From positions 1-63,377 of the forward strand of contig DASWDA010000028.1 of assembly GCA_036395695.1 (NCBI GenBank): a stretch of 63,377 nucleotides of DNA. Reading direction: 5' to 3'. Each line of letters opens with the position of its first letter. The stretch's first letter is position 1. The notes under the pieces are model-generated. The model was not told the origin of the DNA. It saw only the letters and a program-made list of their open reading frames with translations, and did no database searches. A program made the translations under genes and the position numbers. This DNA comes from Gemmatimonadales bacterium (GTDB taxonomy: Bacteria > Gemmatimonadota > Gemmatimonadetes > Gemmatimonadales > GWC2-71-9). Shown piece after piece: positions 33,340 to 41,990 of the stretch.

Positions 33340-35288
33340 CCAGCACGCTCAATCCCCGCTTCACGTTCGACACGTTCGTGGTCGGCGCGGCGAACCGCCT
33401 GGCCGTCACCGCCGGGCGTACCGTCGCGGAGAATCCGGGCTCGGCCTACAACCCGCTCTTCATCTATAGTGGCTCGGGGTTGGGCAAGACGCACGTGCTG
33501 ATGGCCATCGGGCACGCCGCCAAGGTCATCGCGTCGCAGCTGAACATCGAGTACCTGACGCTCGACGAGTACGTCGAGGCGTTCCACGCCGCGATCGCGG
33601 CGGGGCAGGGCGACGCTTTCCGGCGCCGGTTCCAGAACGTCGATGTGTTGCTCGTCGACGACGTCCAGTTCCTCACCAATCGCAAGGAGATGCAGACCGA
33701 GCTGCTTCGCCTGACCGAGGCGCTGCAGCAGTCAGGGCACCAGATCGTGCTCGCGAGCGATCGCCCGCCGGCCGAGATCGCGGACCTGGACGAGCGTCTC
33801 ATCTCGCGCTTTTCCGGCGGGCTCGTCGTCGATATGGGCATCCCCGACTACGAAACACGCGTCGCCATTCTGCGCCGCAAGGCCGAGGAGCGTGGCACGA
33901 AGTTCCAGCCGGGAGTCCTCGAGACCGTCGCGAAAATCGAGTACCCGAACGTGCGCGAGTTGATGGGCGCGCTCAATCGCCTGATCGCCTTCCAGGCGGT
34001 GAACGACACGCCGATCAATGCCGATGCCGCGAGCAAGGTGTTGGGTATTCCTACCGGCGCTTCACCGACCGCCGCCTCATCTACCGCCGCTTCATCTACC
34101 GCCGTCTCACCAGATGAGTTTTCCCAGTTCCTGACCGATGTCACCGTCACGGTCGGCAAAGCCGTCGAGGCGTGGCGTGCGCGGGTGACCGAGGCGGTGA
34201 TGCGCTGGGAGGGCGAGGGCTACCGGACGGGCCGCCTCGAAAAGCTCCTCGATCAGGAGACGCCGGCCGCGGTGGACGAAGTGATCGCGTCGTACGTGCG
34301 GGACGTGGACCGGCTCAAGGCGCTCGAGGCGGAAGTGGCGGTGCTCGATCCCCAGGCCGCGGGTGAGAAAGTCTTCCGCGATCCCGACCACATGGAAGCC
34401 GCCGAGGCGGCCGCCGCGAAGGTTCGGGACGGCGCGGCCCCGCCGCCGGCTCCGTCGGGCGCATTTCCGCTCGACGCGTACCTTGCCGGGCCGTCCAACG
34501 AGGTGGCCCTGAACGCCGCGCGCGATTGTGTCGCGAAGCCCGGGACGAAATACAATCCCCTCGTGATCGTCGGCCGCAGCGGGCTCGGCAAGACGCACCT
34601 GCTCAACGCGATCGGCCTCGAGCTCGCGAAAAAGAAGAACGCGGTGGTCGCCTGCCTGTCGACCCAGCAGTTCGTCGACGAGCTGATTGCCGCCATTGAC
34701 GGCAACCGGGTGGACTGGTGGCGCGCGCGCTATCGGCGCGCGACGGCCCTGCTGCTCGACGACATCCATCTGCTCTCCGGCAAGGAGCGCACGCAGGAAG
34801 AGCTGTTCAACCTTTTCAATCAGCTGGTCGACGCCGACCGGCAGCTCATCTTCACGGCGCCCGCGCATCCGAACACGCTCGAGGGCCTCGAGGAGCGCAT
34901 CGTGTCGCGGCTCGAAGGCGGGCTCGTGACGGAGATCGCGGAGCCGGACAAGGAGCTGCGCCGGAGCATGCTCGAGCGCCTGCTCACCCACCAGCACGTG
35001 GCGCTCGAGCCGGCGCTGCTCGACTACCTGGCGGACCGGCCCATCGATTCCGTCCGCAACCTGACCGGCGTGGTTCAGCGCGTGGTCGAGGCCGCCGCCG
35101 CGCAGGACGCGCCCGTGACGGCGGGTCTGGCGCGCGATGTGCTGGAGGGAGCGCCTCCGCCGCGCCGCACGGCGGGGCTGCGCACCAGCGGCATCGTCGT
35201 GTCGAGCGCCGGCGGCGTGCGCAGCCGGGAGAAGATGGTCTGGGACTGGCCCACCGCTGCTGATCGCGTCATCGAGGATCTGCGCTGA
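33336..35288 (+). CDS. tandem double DnaA-type AAA+ ATPase lacking DnaA domains I and IV
   Basis: Two copies of the DnaA domain-III motif set. Copy 1: GSGLGKTHV / LLVDDVQFL / SRFSGGL / [11 protein letters not shown]. Copy 2: [10 protein letters not shown] / LLLDDIHLL / SRLEGGL / [11 protein letters not shown]. No C-terminal HTH. The ATG overlaps the mglA stop. Confidence 0.8.
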   Translation: MTSTLNPRFTFDTFVVGAANRLAVTAGRTVAENPGSAYNPLFIYSGSGLGKTHVLMAIGHAAKVIASQLNIEYLTLDEYVEAFHAAIAAGQGDAFRRRFQNVDVLLVDDVQFLTNRKEMQTELLRLTEALQQSGHQIVLASDRPPAEIADLDERLISRFSGGLVVDMGIPDYETRVAILRRKAEERGTKFQPGVLETVAKIEYPNVRELMGALNRLIAFQAVNDTPINADAASKVLGIPTGASPTAASSTAASSTAVSPDEFSQFLTDVTVTVGKAVEAWRARVTEAVMRWEGEGYRTGRLEKLLDQETPAAVDEVIASYVRDVDRLKALEAEVAVLDPQAAGEKVFRDPDHMEAAEAAAAKVRDGAAPPPAPSGAFPLDAYLAGPSNEVALNAARDCVAKPGTKYNPLVIVGRSGLGKTHLLNAIGLELAKKKNAVVACLSTQQFVDELIAAIDGNRVDWWRARYRRATALLLDDIHLLSGKERTQEELFNLFNQLVDADRQLIFTAPAHPNTLEGLEERIVSRLEGGLVTEIAEPDKELRRSMLERLLTHQHVALEPALLDYLADRPIDSVRNLTGVVQRVVEAAAAQDAPVTAGLARDVLEGAPPPRRTAGLRTSGIVVSSAGGVRSREKMVWDWPTAADRVIEDLR

Positions 35289-36904
35289 TGGCCATCAAAG
35301 GCTCGCTCAAGGAAGCGTCGCTCCCCGACGTGCTGCAGCTCCTGGCGCTGGGGCAGAAAACCGGCTGCCTGTCGATCGCCGACCGCTCCAACTTCGGCTA
35401 CATCTATTTCGACCGGGGCCGGATTTCCTACGCGTCGATCGTGAACCGCCGCGATCGGCTCGGCGACATCCTCGTGAAGCACGAGAAGATCACGCAGGAC
35501 CAGCTGGACGCCGCGATCCACCGCCAGGCGAAAGAGCGCGACAAGAAGCTGGGCGAGATTCTCGTGCTCCAGAGCGTGCTCACGCAGCAGGAGCTCGAGC
35601 GCTACATGCGCATGCAGATCGAGGAGTCGGTCTACTATCTCTTCACGTGGACGCAGGGCACGTTCAACTTCGAAGCCGACGTCCGCCCGGAGCAGCAGGA
35701 CTTCCTGGTCTCGATCAACCCGGAGTCCCTGCTGCTCGAGGGCGCGCGGCGCGTGGACGAGTGGGGCCTGATCGAGAAAAAGATCCCGTCGTTCGATCTG
35801 ATCTTCCTCGTGGACCGCGACCGCCTGGCCATCAGCGACGCAAAGCTGACGGAAATGCAGGATCGCCTGCTGCCGCTGCTCGACGGCTCGCGCGACGTCA
35901 ATCAGGTCATCGAAGATTCCGGCCTGGGGGAATTCGAGGTCGGGAAGGCGCTCTACGGCCTCGTCACCGCCGGCTTCCTGCATCGCGCCGGCCGCACCGC
36001 CAGCGCTGAAGACGTGAAGATGACCGACGCGCGGGTGGAGGAGCACCGCAACCTCGGCATCGCCTTCTACAAGACGGGCATGCTCGACGAAGCGGCGCGC
36101 GAATTTCGCCGCGTCGCCGAGCTGCGCGCGACGGATGCCAACGCGCACTTCTTCATCGGCCTGGTCGCGCTGAAGCAGGCGCGCTGGCGCGAGGCAATGG
36201 AAGCGCTGCGGCTCGCCGCCGAAAAAGGCGGGTCACGGCCCGCCGTGCTCCACAATCTGGGGCTCGCCTACGAGCAGGTCGGCCGGCTGGAGGATGCGGA
36301 AGCGGCCTACTCCGAGGCGGCCACGCGCGCGCGCACCGATCCACGGGTGTACGTGGGATGGGGCATCGTCGCGCTGAAGCAGGGCGACCATGCCAGCGCC
36401 GCCGGGCGGCTCGACCGCGCCAAGGAGCTGTTCGCCGACAAGGTGCCCCCGATCTGGTTCTGGGCGCGCGCACTCGTCGCGGCGTCGGCGGGCGATTTCG
36501 AGACGGCGGAACAGGTGGCCGTGCAGGCCGTCGAAAAGCATCCGCACAACGGCGTGTTGCGCAACAATCTCGCCGTGCTGCACGAGCTGGCGGGTGCGCT
36601 GCCACAAGCCGAGGAGCTGGCGCGCGCCGCGCTCCAGGACGAGCCGTCCCTGCCGCAGCTGTCCAAGAATCTCGGCGACCTGGCCTACCGCGGCTCGCGC
36701 TACGATGAAGCCTGGGCGCTGTATCAGCGCGCGATCGAGCTGTCGCCCGAGCTGGGCGATGACGTCTACTTCAAGCTCGGCAACATCGCGTACAAGCGAA
36801 ACGAGCGCGACCAGGCGAGCGAGCTGTGGCGGCGCGCGCTCGAGCTGAATCCCAAACACGAGCTCGTCAAGGCCAATCTGGACACCCTGAGCAGTTTGTC
36901 GTGA
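35288..36904 (+). CDS. PATAN (DUF4388) domain protein with helical insert and long C-terminal TPR region
   Basis: GSLKEASLPDVLQLLALGQKTGCLSI N-terminus. Paralogous to 29946..31094 over the first ~230 aa, then multiple TPR units. Confidence 0.7.
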   Translation: MAIKGSLKEASLPDVLQLLALGQKTGCLSIADRSNFGYIYFDRGRISYASIVNRRDRLGDILVKHEKITQDQLDAAIHRQAKERDKKLGEILVLQSVLTQQELERYMRMQIEESVYYLFTWTQGTFNFEADVRPEQQDFLVSINPESLLLEGARRVDEWGLIEKKIPSFDLIFLVDRDRLAISDAKLTEMQDRLLPLLDGSRDVNQVIEDSGLGEFEVGKALYGLVTAGFLHRAGRTASAEDVKMTDARVEEHRNLGIAFYKTGMLDEAAREFRRVAELRATDANAHFFIGLVALKQARWREAMEALRLAAEKGGSRPAVLHNLGLAYEQVGRLEDAEAAYSEAATRARTDPRVYVGWGIVALKQGDHASAAGRLDRAKELFADKVPPIWFWARALVAASAGDFETAEQVAVQAVEKHPHNGVLRNNLAVLHELAGALPQAEELARAALQDEPSLPQLSKNLGDLAYRGSRYDEAWALYQRAIELSPELGDDVYFKLGNIAYKRNERDQASELWRRALELNPKHELVKANLDTLSSLS

Positions 36905-37680
36905 GCAAAGCTCCTCTGGAGCGAGGTTTCGAAGCGCTGACGGAAAAGATCTCACGCGAGCGGGGAGTCAGCTGCGGGTCGTACAAGGATAAATGCCTGA
37001 AGCGCCGCATCGCGGTGCGCATGCGCGCCCGCGGCGCCCATACCTACGAAGACTACGGCAAGATTCTCGATCACGACGCGCACGAGTACCAGGAGCTCCT
37101 CGACGCGCTCACGATCAACGTCACCAAGTTCTTCCGCAACGCCGAAACCTGGACCGCGCTCCGGCCCCATCTGGAGGCGCTCGCCAGGAGACGTCCCACA
37201 CTGCGGGTGTGGTCGGCGGGATGCGCCTCGGGCGAGGAGCCGTACACGATCGCCGTGCTCATGACAGAGCTGGGCGCCCAGGGTGTCATCGACGCGACCG
37301 ACGTCGATCGATTGAGCCTCGAGCGCACCCGGCAGGCGCATTATCCGGACGCGGCGTTCACCGAGATGCCGTCGCACCTCAGGCGCCGCTATTTCGAGGG
37401 CGGCCGGCCGGTGCACGAGGTCCGCGAGCTCGTGCGCGTCCAAAGCCACGATTTGATGCGGGAGCGTCCCCCGCATCCGCCGTACGACCTGATCGTGTGC
37501 CGCAACGTCGTGATTTACTTCGAGCGCCAGGCCCAGGAGCGGCTGTTTCAGACCTTTGTGGATGCGCTGGCGCCCGGGGGCGTACTCCTGCTCGGAAAAG
37601 TCGAAACCCTGTTCGGCCCCGCGCGCGAGCGCCTCACTCTCGTCGATCCGCGCGAGCGGATTTACGTACGGCCCGGGTGA
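36901..37680 (+). CDS. cheR: chemotaxis protein methyltransferase CheR
   Basis: INVTKFFRN, VWSAGCASGEEPY and IVCRNVVIYF blocks. GTG 36901 overlaps the upstream stop (GTGA). Confidence 0.88.
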   Translation: MSKAPLERGFEALTEKISRERGVSCGSYKDKCLKRRIAVRMRARGAHTYEDYGKILDHDAHEYQELLDALTINVTKFFRNAETWTALRPHLEALARRRPTLRVWSAGCASGEEPYTIAVLMTELGAQGVIDATDVDRLSLERTRQAHYPDAAFTEMPSHLRRRYFEGGRPVHEVRELVRVQSHDLMRERPPHPPYDLIVCRNVVIYFERQAQERLFQTFVDALAPGGVLLLGKVETLFGPARERLTLVDPRERIYVRPG

Positions 37681-38159
37681 AAGAAGTCATCGTCAAAGTC
37701 GCCGATTGGGCGGCCGAGCGTGGCGATGGCGTCCTGGTCACCCTCGGACTCGGTTCCTGCGTCGCGATCATGCTGCACGATCCGCAAACCAGAACGGGCG
37801 CGATGGCGCACGTCCTGCTGCCGTCGACCAGCCTCGTGCGCGATCTCACGAACCGCGCCAAGTTCCCGGAAACCGCCGTGCCGCTGCTCATCGAGCGGCT
37901 CAAGGCGCTCGGGGCGGACCCGCGGCGACTCGTGGCAAAGCTGGCTGGCGGCGCCCGCATGTTCAGCCAGCTCGTCACCCCCGGCACCATCCAGATGGGC
38001 GAGCGCAACGTCCTGGCCTCGCGCACCGCGCTCCGCGCCGCGGCCATCCCGGTCATTCGTGAGGCCGTGGGCGGCGACCGCGGCCGCAGCGTGCGGTTTT
38101 ACGTGACGGATGGCCGGGTGGAGATCCGGTCGGTGGGAGTCGATGCCGCCGTCATCTGA
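37677..38159 (+). CDS. cheD: chemoreceptor glutamine deamidase CheD
   Basis: [14 protein letters not shown] (catalytic Cys), MAHVLLP and GERNV blocks. GTG 37677 overlaps the cheR stop. Confidence 0.85.
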   Translation: MKEVIVKVADWAAERGDGVLVTLGLGSCVAIMLHDPQTRTGAMAHVLLPSTSLVRDLTNRAKFPETAVPLLIERLKALGADPRRLVAKLAGGARMFSQLVTPGTIQMGERNVLASRTALRAAAIPVIREAVGGDRGRSVRFYVTDGRVEIRSVGVDAAVI

Positions 38160-39234
38160 CGCGTCCGGCCGCCCGAGCGTCGTCGTCGCCGACGACAGCG
38201 CGCTGATGCGCCGAGTGCTGGTCGATGTCCTCGGCGCCGAGTTTCGCGTCGTCGCCACGGCGCGCGACGGTCTCGACGCGATCAGCAAAGTGCACGAGCA
38301 CAGGCCCGACGTCGTCACGCTCGATCTCGAGATGCCGCGGCTCGATGGGCTGGGCGCCATCGGCTACATCATGTCCGAGTCGCCGCGGCCGATCGTCGTC
38401 GTCAGCGCGCACGCCGGGCCGGGCACGCAGTCCGCGATTCGCGCCCTCGAGCTGGGCGCGGTGGAAATCGTCGCCAAACCGCCCCCCGAAGTCTTCGGTC
38501 ATCCGCGCGCCGCGCTCGAGGCGCTCGCGCCGGAGCTCATCGGCGCCGTGCGCCGGGCGCTCGCGGCGGACCTCTCGCACGTCAAGGTGTTGGCGCGCCC
38601 GCCGGCGCCGGTGGTTCACCCGCCCGAGCACGCGCTGCGCGGGCGCGCCGTGCTCGCCGTGGGCGTCGCCGCCTCGACCGGTGGTCCGCGCGCGCTCGCC
38701 GACGTCGTCCCGCGCCTGCCGACGGGGCGCGGCGCCGCGATCTTCATCGTGCAGCACATGCCGCCGAAGTTCACGCGCAGTCTCGCCGAGCGGCTCGACT
38801 CCATGAGCCCGTTGCGCGTCGTCGAGGCGGCCGACGGCACCCCGATTGTGGCTGACACGGCGTACGTGGCCCCGGGCGATTATCATATGCGGGTGCGTTC
38901 TGCTCCCGACGGACCTGTCATCGCGCTCGACCAATCCGCGCCCCTGTGGGGCGTCCGTCCCGCGGCCGATCCCTTGTTCCGCTCCATCGCCGAGGTCTAT
39001 GGCGCCCGCGGCATTGGGGTCGTGCTCACGGGCATGGGGCGCGACGGGGCCAGCGGCCTGCGCGCGATGCATGATGCCGGCGGCACCGGGCTCGCCCAGG
39101 ATCGGGAAACGGCGGTGATTCCAGGAATGCCGGTGGCGGCGGTGCAGGCGGGCGGCGTCGATGCGGTCCTCCCGCTCGGTCAGATTGCCGACCGCGTCGC
39201 AGCCGAGTTGCTGCGGAGACGGCAGAAATCATGA
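38143..39234 (+). CDS. cheB: protein-glutamate methylesterase/deamidase CheB (REC + esterase)
   Basis: Receiver ([20 protein letters not shown]) and esterase ([22 protein letters not shown]) blocks. The track start at 38110 is also possible. Confidence 0.9.
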   Translation: MPPSSDASGRPSVVVADDSALMRRVLVDVLGAEFRVVATARDGLDAISKVHEHRPDVVTLDLEMPRLDGLGAIGYIMSESPRPIVVVSAHAGPGTQSAIRALELGAVEIVAKPPPEVFGHPRAALEALAPELIGAVRRALAADLSHVKVLARPPAPVVHPPEHALRGRAVLAVGVAASTGGPRALADVVPRLPTGRGAAIFIVQHMPPKFTRSLAERLDSMSPLRVVEAADGTPIVADTAYVAPGDYHMRVRSAPDGPVIALDQSAPLWGVRPAADPLFRSIAEVYGARGIGVVLTGMGRDGASGLRAMHDAGGTGLAQDRETAVIPGMPVAAVQAGGVDAVLPLGQIADRVAAELLRRRQKS

Positions 39235-39240
39235 CTCGAC

Positions 39241-39313
39241 AGGCTAAAGCCTGCGCTCGGCAATGCGGTGTCCTTAAGGACAATGTTGTGCCGAGCCCAC
39301 CCTTGAGGGTGGG
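39241..39313 (+). promoter_or_regulatory. structured leader: three consecutive hairpins in the only sizeable gap of the che cluster
   Basis: AGGC-TAAA-GCCT (39241-39252). GCTCGGCA...TGCCGAGC (39255-39296) with an inner TGTCC-TTAA-GGACA stem. CCCACCC-TTGA-GGGTGGG (39296-39313), ending 6 nt before ATG 39320. Confidence 0.4.
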
Positions 39314-39319
39314 AAAACC

Positions 39320-39739
39320 ATGAAGGGTTATTTGCTCGTGCGTTCCGAGGGGAAATCGTACGGCCTGCCAGTCGCCCGCGTGCTCGAGGTGGGTGACGCC
39401 ACGGAAGTGCTTGCCATTCCGCGCAATCTGCCCGCGGTGCGGGGCCTGACGCCGCTGCGCGGACGGCTCGTCCCGCTGATTCATCTGGGTGCGCTGCTCA
39501 CGGGGAGCGAAGCACCACCCGCCGGCGGCCACGCGGTGCGCACGGTCGTCCTCGTCGAGCTCGGCGCGAGCGGGCGGCAGGTCGCCTTCGAAGTCGATGA
39601 CGCCGATGCGGTCGTGCGCGAGCAGCCGCTGCCCGTGCCGCGCGGCCAGGCGCTGCCGTGGGCGGCCGGGGTGGCGGAACGGGAGGGGGGATTGGTGCCG
39701 ATCCTCGACCTCGACGCGCTCGGGGATCGCATTACGTGA
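39320..39739 (+). CDS. cheW: CheW-domain protein
   Basis: YLLVRSEGKSYGLPVARVLEV and VRGLTPLRGRLVPLIHL blocks. Confidence 0.8.
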   Translation: MKGYLLVRSEGKSYGLPVARVLEVGDATEVLAIPRNLPAVRGLTPLRGRLVPLIHLGALLTGSEAPPAGGHAVRTVVLVELGASGRQVAFEVDDADAVVREQPLPVPRGQALPWAAGVAEREGGLVPILDLDALGDRIT

Positions 39740-40212
39740 CGACCACGACGTTGAGCTCGGGCGGCGACGATGTGCAGCTGGTCACGTTCAAAGTGGGCGG
39801 CCAGGATTTCGCGTTCAACATTTTTCAGGTCGAGCGCATCCTGCGGTATGAAGCGCCCGCGCCGTTGCCGAAGGCGCCCGAGTTTCTCGAGGGCGTGCTG
39901 CAGTATCAGGGCGGTGCCGTGCCGCTCATCGATCTGCGCAAGCGGCTCGGCGCGGAGGCGCCGCTGCGCGAGGACACGCGGACCGTCATCCTCGAGTTCG
40001 ATGGCGGCAAGATCGGCATGATTGTCGACACCGTGACCGAGGTGATGCAGGTATCCGCGCAGGCGGTGACGCCGCCGCCGGGCATCGTCCGCGGACTGGC
40101 CGCGGAGTACATCTCCGGCCTCCTCGTGCAGAACGGACGCACGATCGTCGTCCTGAACACGAACAAGCTGCTGAACTCGAAAGAAAAACTGGCTCTGCAG
40201 GGAGCCACGTGA
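39736..40212 (+). CDS. cheW: CheW-domain protein
   Basis: LVTFKVGGQDFAFNIFQVERIL, FLEGVLQYQGGAVPLIDL and IGMIVDTVTEV blocks. GTG 39736 overlaps the upstream stop. Confidence 0.85.
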   Translation: MTTTTLSSGGDDVQLVTFKVGGQDFAFNIFQVERILRYEAPAPLPKAPEFLEGVLQYQGGAVPLIDLRKRLGAEAPLREDTRTVILEFDGGKIGMIVDTVTEVMQVSAQAVTPPPGIVRGLAAEYISGLLVQNGRTIVVLNTNKLLNSKEKLALQGAT

Positions 40213-41081
40213 TGGCTGAAACACCGGTCGCGGCGCTGCGCCGGGAATACGATGCCATCGCCCGGCAGCTCGAGGGGGGGGGCCCCTCGGGCAACGCCGA
40301 GCGCGAAGCCGCCAAGCGGGAGATCATCGCCTTTTTCAAGAAGGTCGACGGGATGCTGGGCGAGATGACCCAGTTGAAGGACGACATCCGCCAACTCGTC
40401 GATCGCTACAAGCAGCTGGCCGCCGACACCAAGCAGGCCGCGGCGCCCGAGTTCACCGGGCAGCGACCCGTGCTGCATGCCGATCATATCGGCGCGACCA
40501 CGTTCATCGAAAAGGGATGGAGTCTCATCTCGTTGGGCGACCACGCCGGGGCGATTCAAGCGCTCACCAAGGCACTCCAGCTCTCGCCCGGGGAGACGCA
40601 GGCGGAATCGCTGCTCGGCTGGGCACAGATGCTGCACGAGGACTACGACGATGCCCTCGGCACCTTCCAGAAAGTGCTGATGAAGGAGCCCGCCAATTCT
40701 CTCGCGCGCATCAACGTCGGCTACATCTGCCTGAAGAAGCGGATCTTTGGCGAAGCGATCGAGCATCTCTCGAAGGCGATCCGGCTGGACAACGACAAGA
40801 AGGCGACGCTGTACGCCCATTTCTATCTCGGGCTCGTCTACCTGCAGCGCGAGATGTTCGAGGACGCGGAGACGTTCTTCGAGAAGACCATCAAGCTCGG
40901 CCCGAATCTGATCGAAGCCTATTACGAGCTGGGACGCGCGCACTGGTTCGCCGGCGACCAGGACAAGGCCAAGTCCACGTGGGGGGACGGCTTCAAGGCG
41001 AACAAGTTCAATCCCTGGGGCAAGAAGTGTCAGGAGATGCTGGAGCTTGTCGCCAAGGGCGAGGAGCCGCCGCGAGAATAG
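40209..41081 (+). CDS. coiled-coil + TPR protein
   Basis: N-terminal coiled-coil segment, then TPR units (AIQALTKALQLSP, ALGTFQKVLMKEP, AIEHLSKAIRLD, ETFFEKTIKLGP). Confidence 0.7.
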   Translation: MMAETPVAALRREYDAIARQLEGGGPSGNAEREAAKREIIAFFKKVDGMLGEMTQLKDDIRQLVDRYKQLAADTKQAAAPEFTGQRPVLHADHIGATTFIEKGWSLISLGDHAGAIQALTKALQLSPGETQAESLLGWAQMLHEDYDDALGTFQKVLMKEPANSLARINVGYICLKKRIFGEAIEHLSKAIRLDNDKKATLYAHFYLGLVYLQREMFEDAETFFEKTIKLGPNLIEAYYELGRAHWFAGDQDKAKSTWGDGFKANKFNPWGKKCQEMLELVAKGEEPPRE

Positions 41082-41977
41082 CGCTGCTTGCCCTGCTGCT
41101 GCAGGGTCCGGTTGCACCGTCGCATCCCCCCGTTGCCATCACCGTTGGGCGCGTGACCGCGATTGCCTGGCCGACGCAGGAGGGGCTCGCCACGTCGCTC
41201 GCGGAGGTCGCCGATCATGCGCGCGACTTCCCCGGCATCGGCGCCATGCCCGACCGTCCCATCCGGCTGATCCTCGCGCCGACGCGCGCGCAGTACGACT
41301 CGCTCACGCGCGGCCGGCTGCCGCTCTGGAGCGAAGGCGCCGCGTTCCCGGATGCCGGGACGATCGTGCTGTTGACCGTCCAACCGTCCGCCCGTCCGGC
41401 CGTCCTCCGGCACGAGCTTGGCCACCTCGCGCTGCGCTGGCACGTCGGTCGCTACGTCCCCCTCTGGTTTGAAGAAGGTTATGCCGCGGTCGCGGCCCAG
41501 GAGTGGGACCGGCTCGACGCGTTGCGCCTGAACTGGCAGCTCGCGCGCGGCGTGCGCATGGATCTCGACGACGTCGATCGGGCGTTGCGGGGCGCGCGGG
41601 GCGACGCGGAGACGGGCTATGCGCTCGCGACGACCGCCGTGCTCCTGCTGGAACGCTGGGGCGGGGATCGCGGACTCGCGCCGCTGCTCGCCAACCTGCG
41701 CTCGGCCGAGTCGTTCGATGCCGCGCTGCGCACGACCTACCACGTCACAGAAGGCGATTTCGAGCTGCGCTGGCAGCGCGACGTCGGCTCACGCTACGGC
41801 TGGCTGTCGTGGCTGGCGGCGCTTGGATTCTTCTGGCTGGCGATCGGCGCGCTGCTCGTCGCGCTGATCGGGCTGCGGCGCAGACGCGACCGGCGCAAGC
41901 GCGCCGCACTGGAGGCGGAGGGCGCCGCCGAGGCGGATGAAAGCCAACTGCTTGACGATGTTGGGATTAACGAATAG
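41027..41977 (+). CDS. peptidase-MA-like zinc metalloprotease with C-terminal TM anchor
   Basis: HELGH zinc motif followed by WFEEGYA. C-terminal TM WLSWLAALGFFWLAIGALLVALIGL, then a basic stretch. Start uncertain: GTG 41027 is the nearest ATG/GTG/TTG-type start upstream of the signal-like IALLALLLQG segment. Confidence 0.55.
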   Translation: MSGDAGACRQGRGAAARIALLALLLQGPVAPSHPPVAITVGRVTAIAWPTQEGLATSLAEVADHARDFPGIGAMPDRPIRLILAPTRAQYDSLTRGRLPLWSEGAAFPDAGTIVLLTVQPSARPAVLRHELGHLALRWHVGRYVPLWFEEGYAAVAAQEWDRLDALRLNWQLARGVRMDLDDVDRALRGARGDAETGYALATTAVLLLERWGGDRGLAPLLANLRSAESFDAALRTTYHVTEGDFELRWQRDVGSRYGWLSWLAALGFFWLAIGALLVALIGLRRRRDRRKRAALEAEGAAEADESQLLDDVGINE

Positions 41978-41990
41978 ACTCCAGCCCCGA

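Noticed and set aside
33336-35288. Possibility that the DnaA-like gene marks the chromosomal replication origin.
   Set aside because: There is no dnaN, recF, gyrB or rpmH context, no AT-rich unwinding element and no cluster of TTATCCACA-like boxes nearby. The protein lacks the DNA-binding domain IV and sits inside an operon with 1-4 nt overlaps on both sides.
40274-40282. G9 homopolymer near the 5' end of the coiled-coil/TPR gene, considered as a phase-variation switch.
   Set aside because: An identical G9 tract occurs in the housekeeping hisA-like gene (61205-61213) and a G7 in ftsQ (57010-57016). All simply encode Gly runs with GGG codons, so this is more likely codon and composition bias than a contingency locus. 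It cannot be assessed without population or read data.
40209-41081. N-terminal coiled-coil protein considered as the missing MCP.
   Set aside because: There is no conserved MCP signalling-hairpin sequence and no HAMP domain. The C-terminal two-thirds is plainly TPR. It remains only a speculative methylation substrate.
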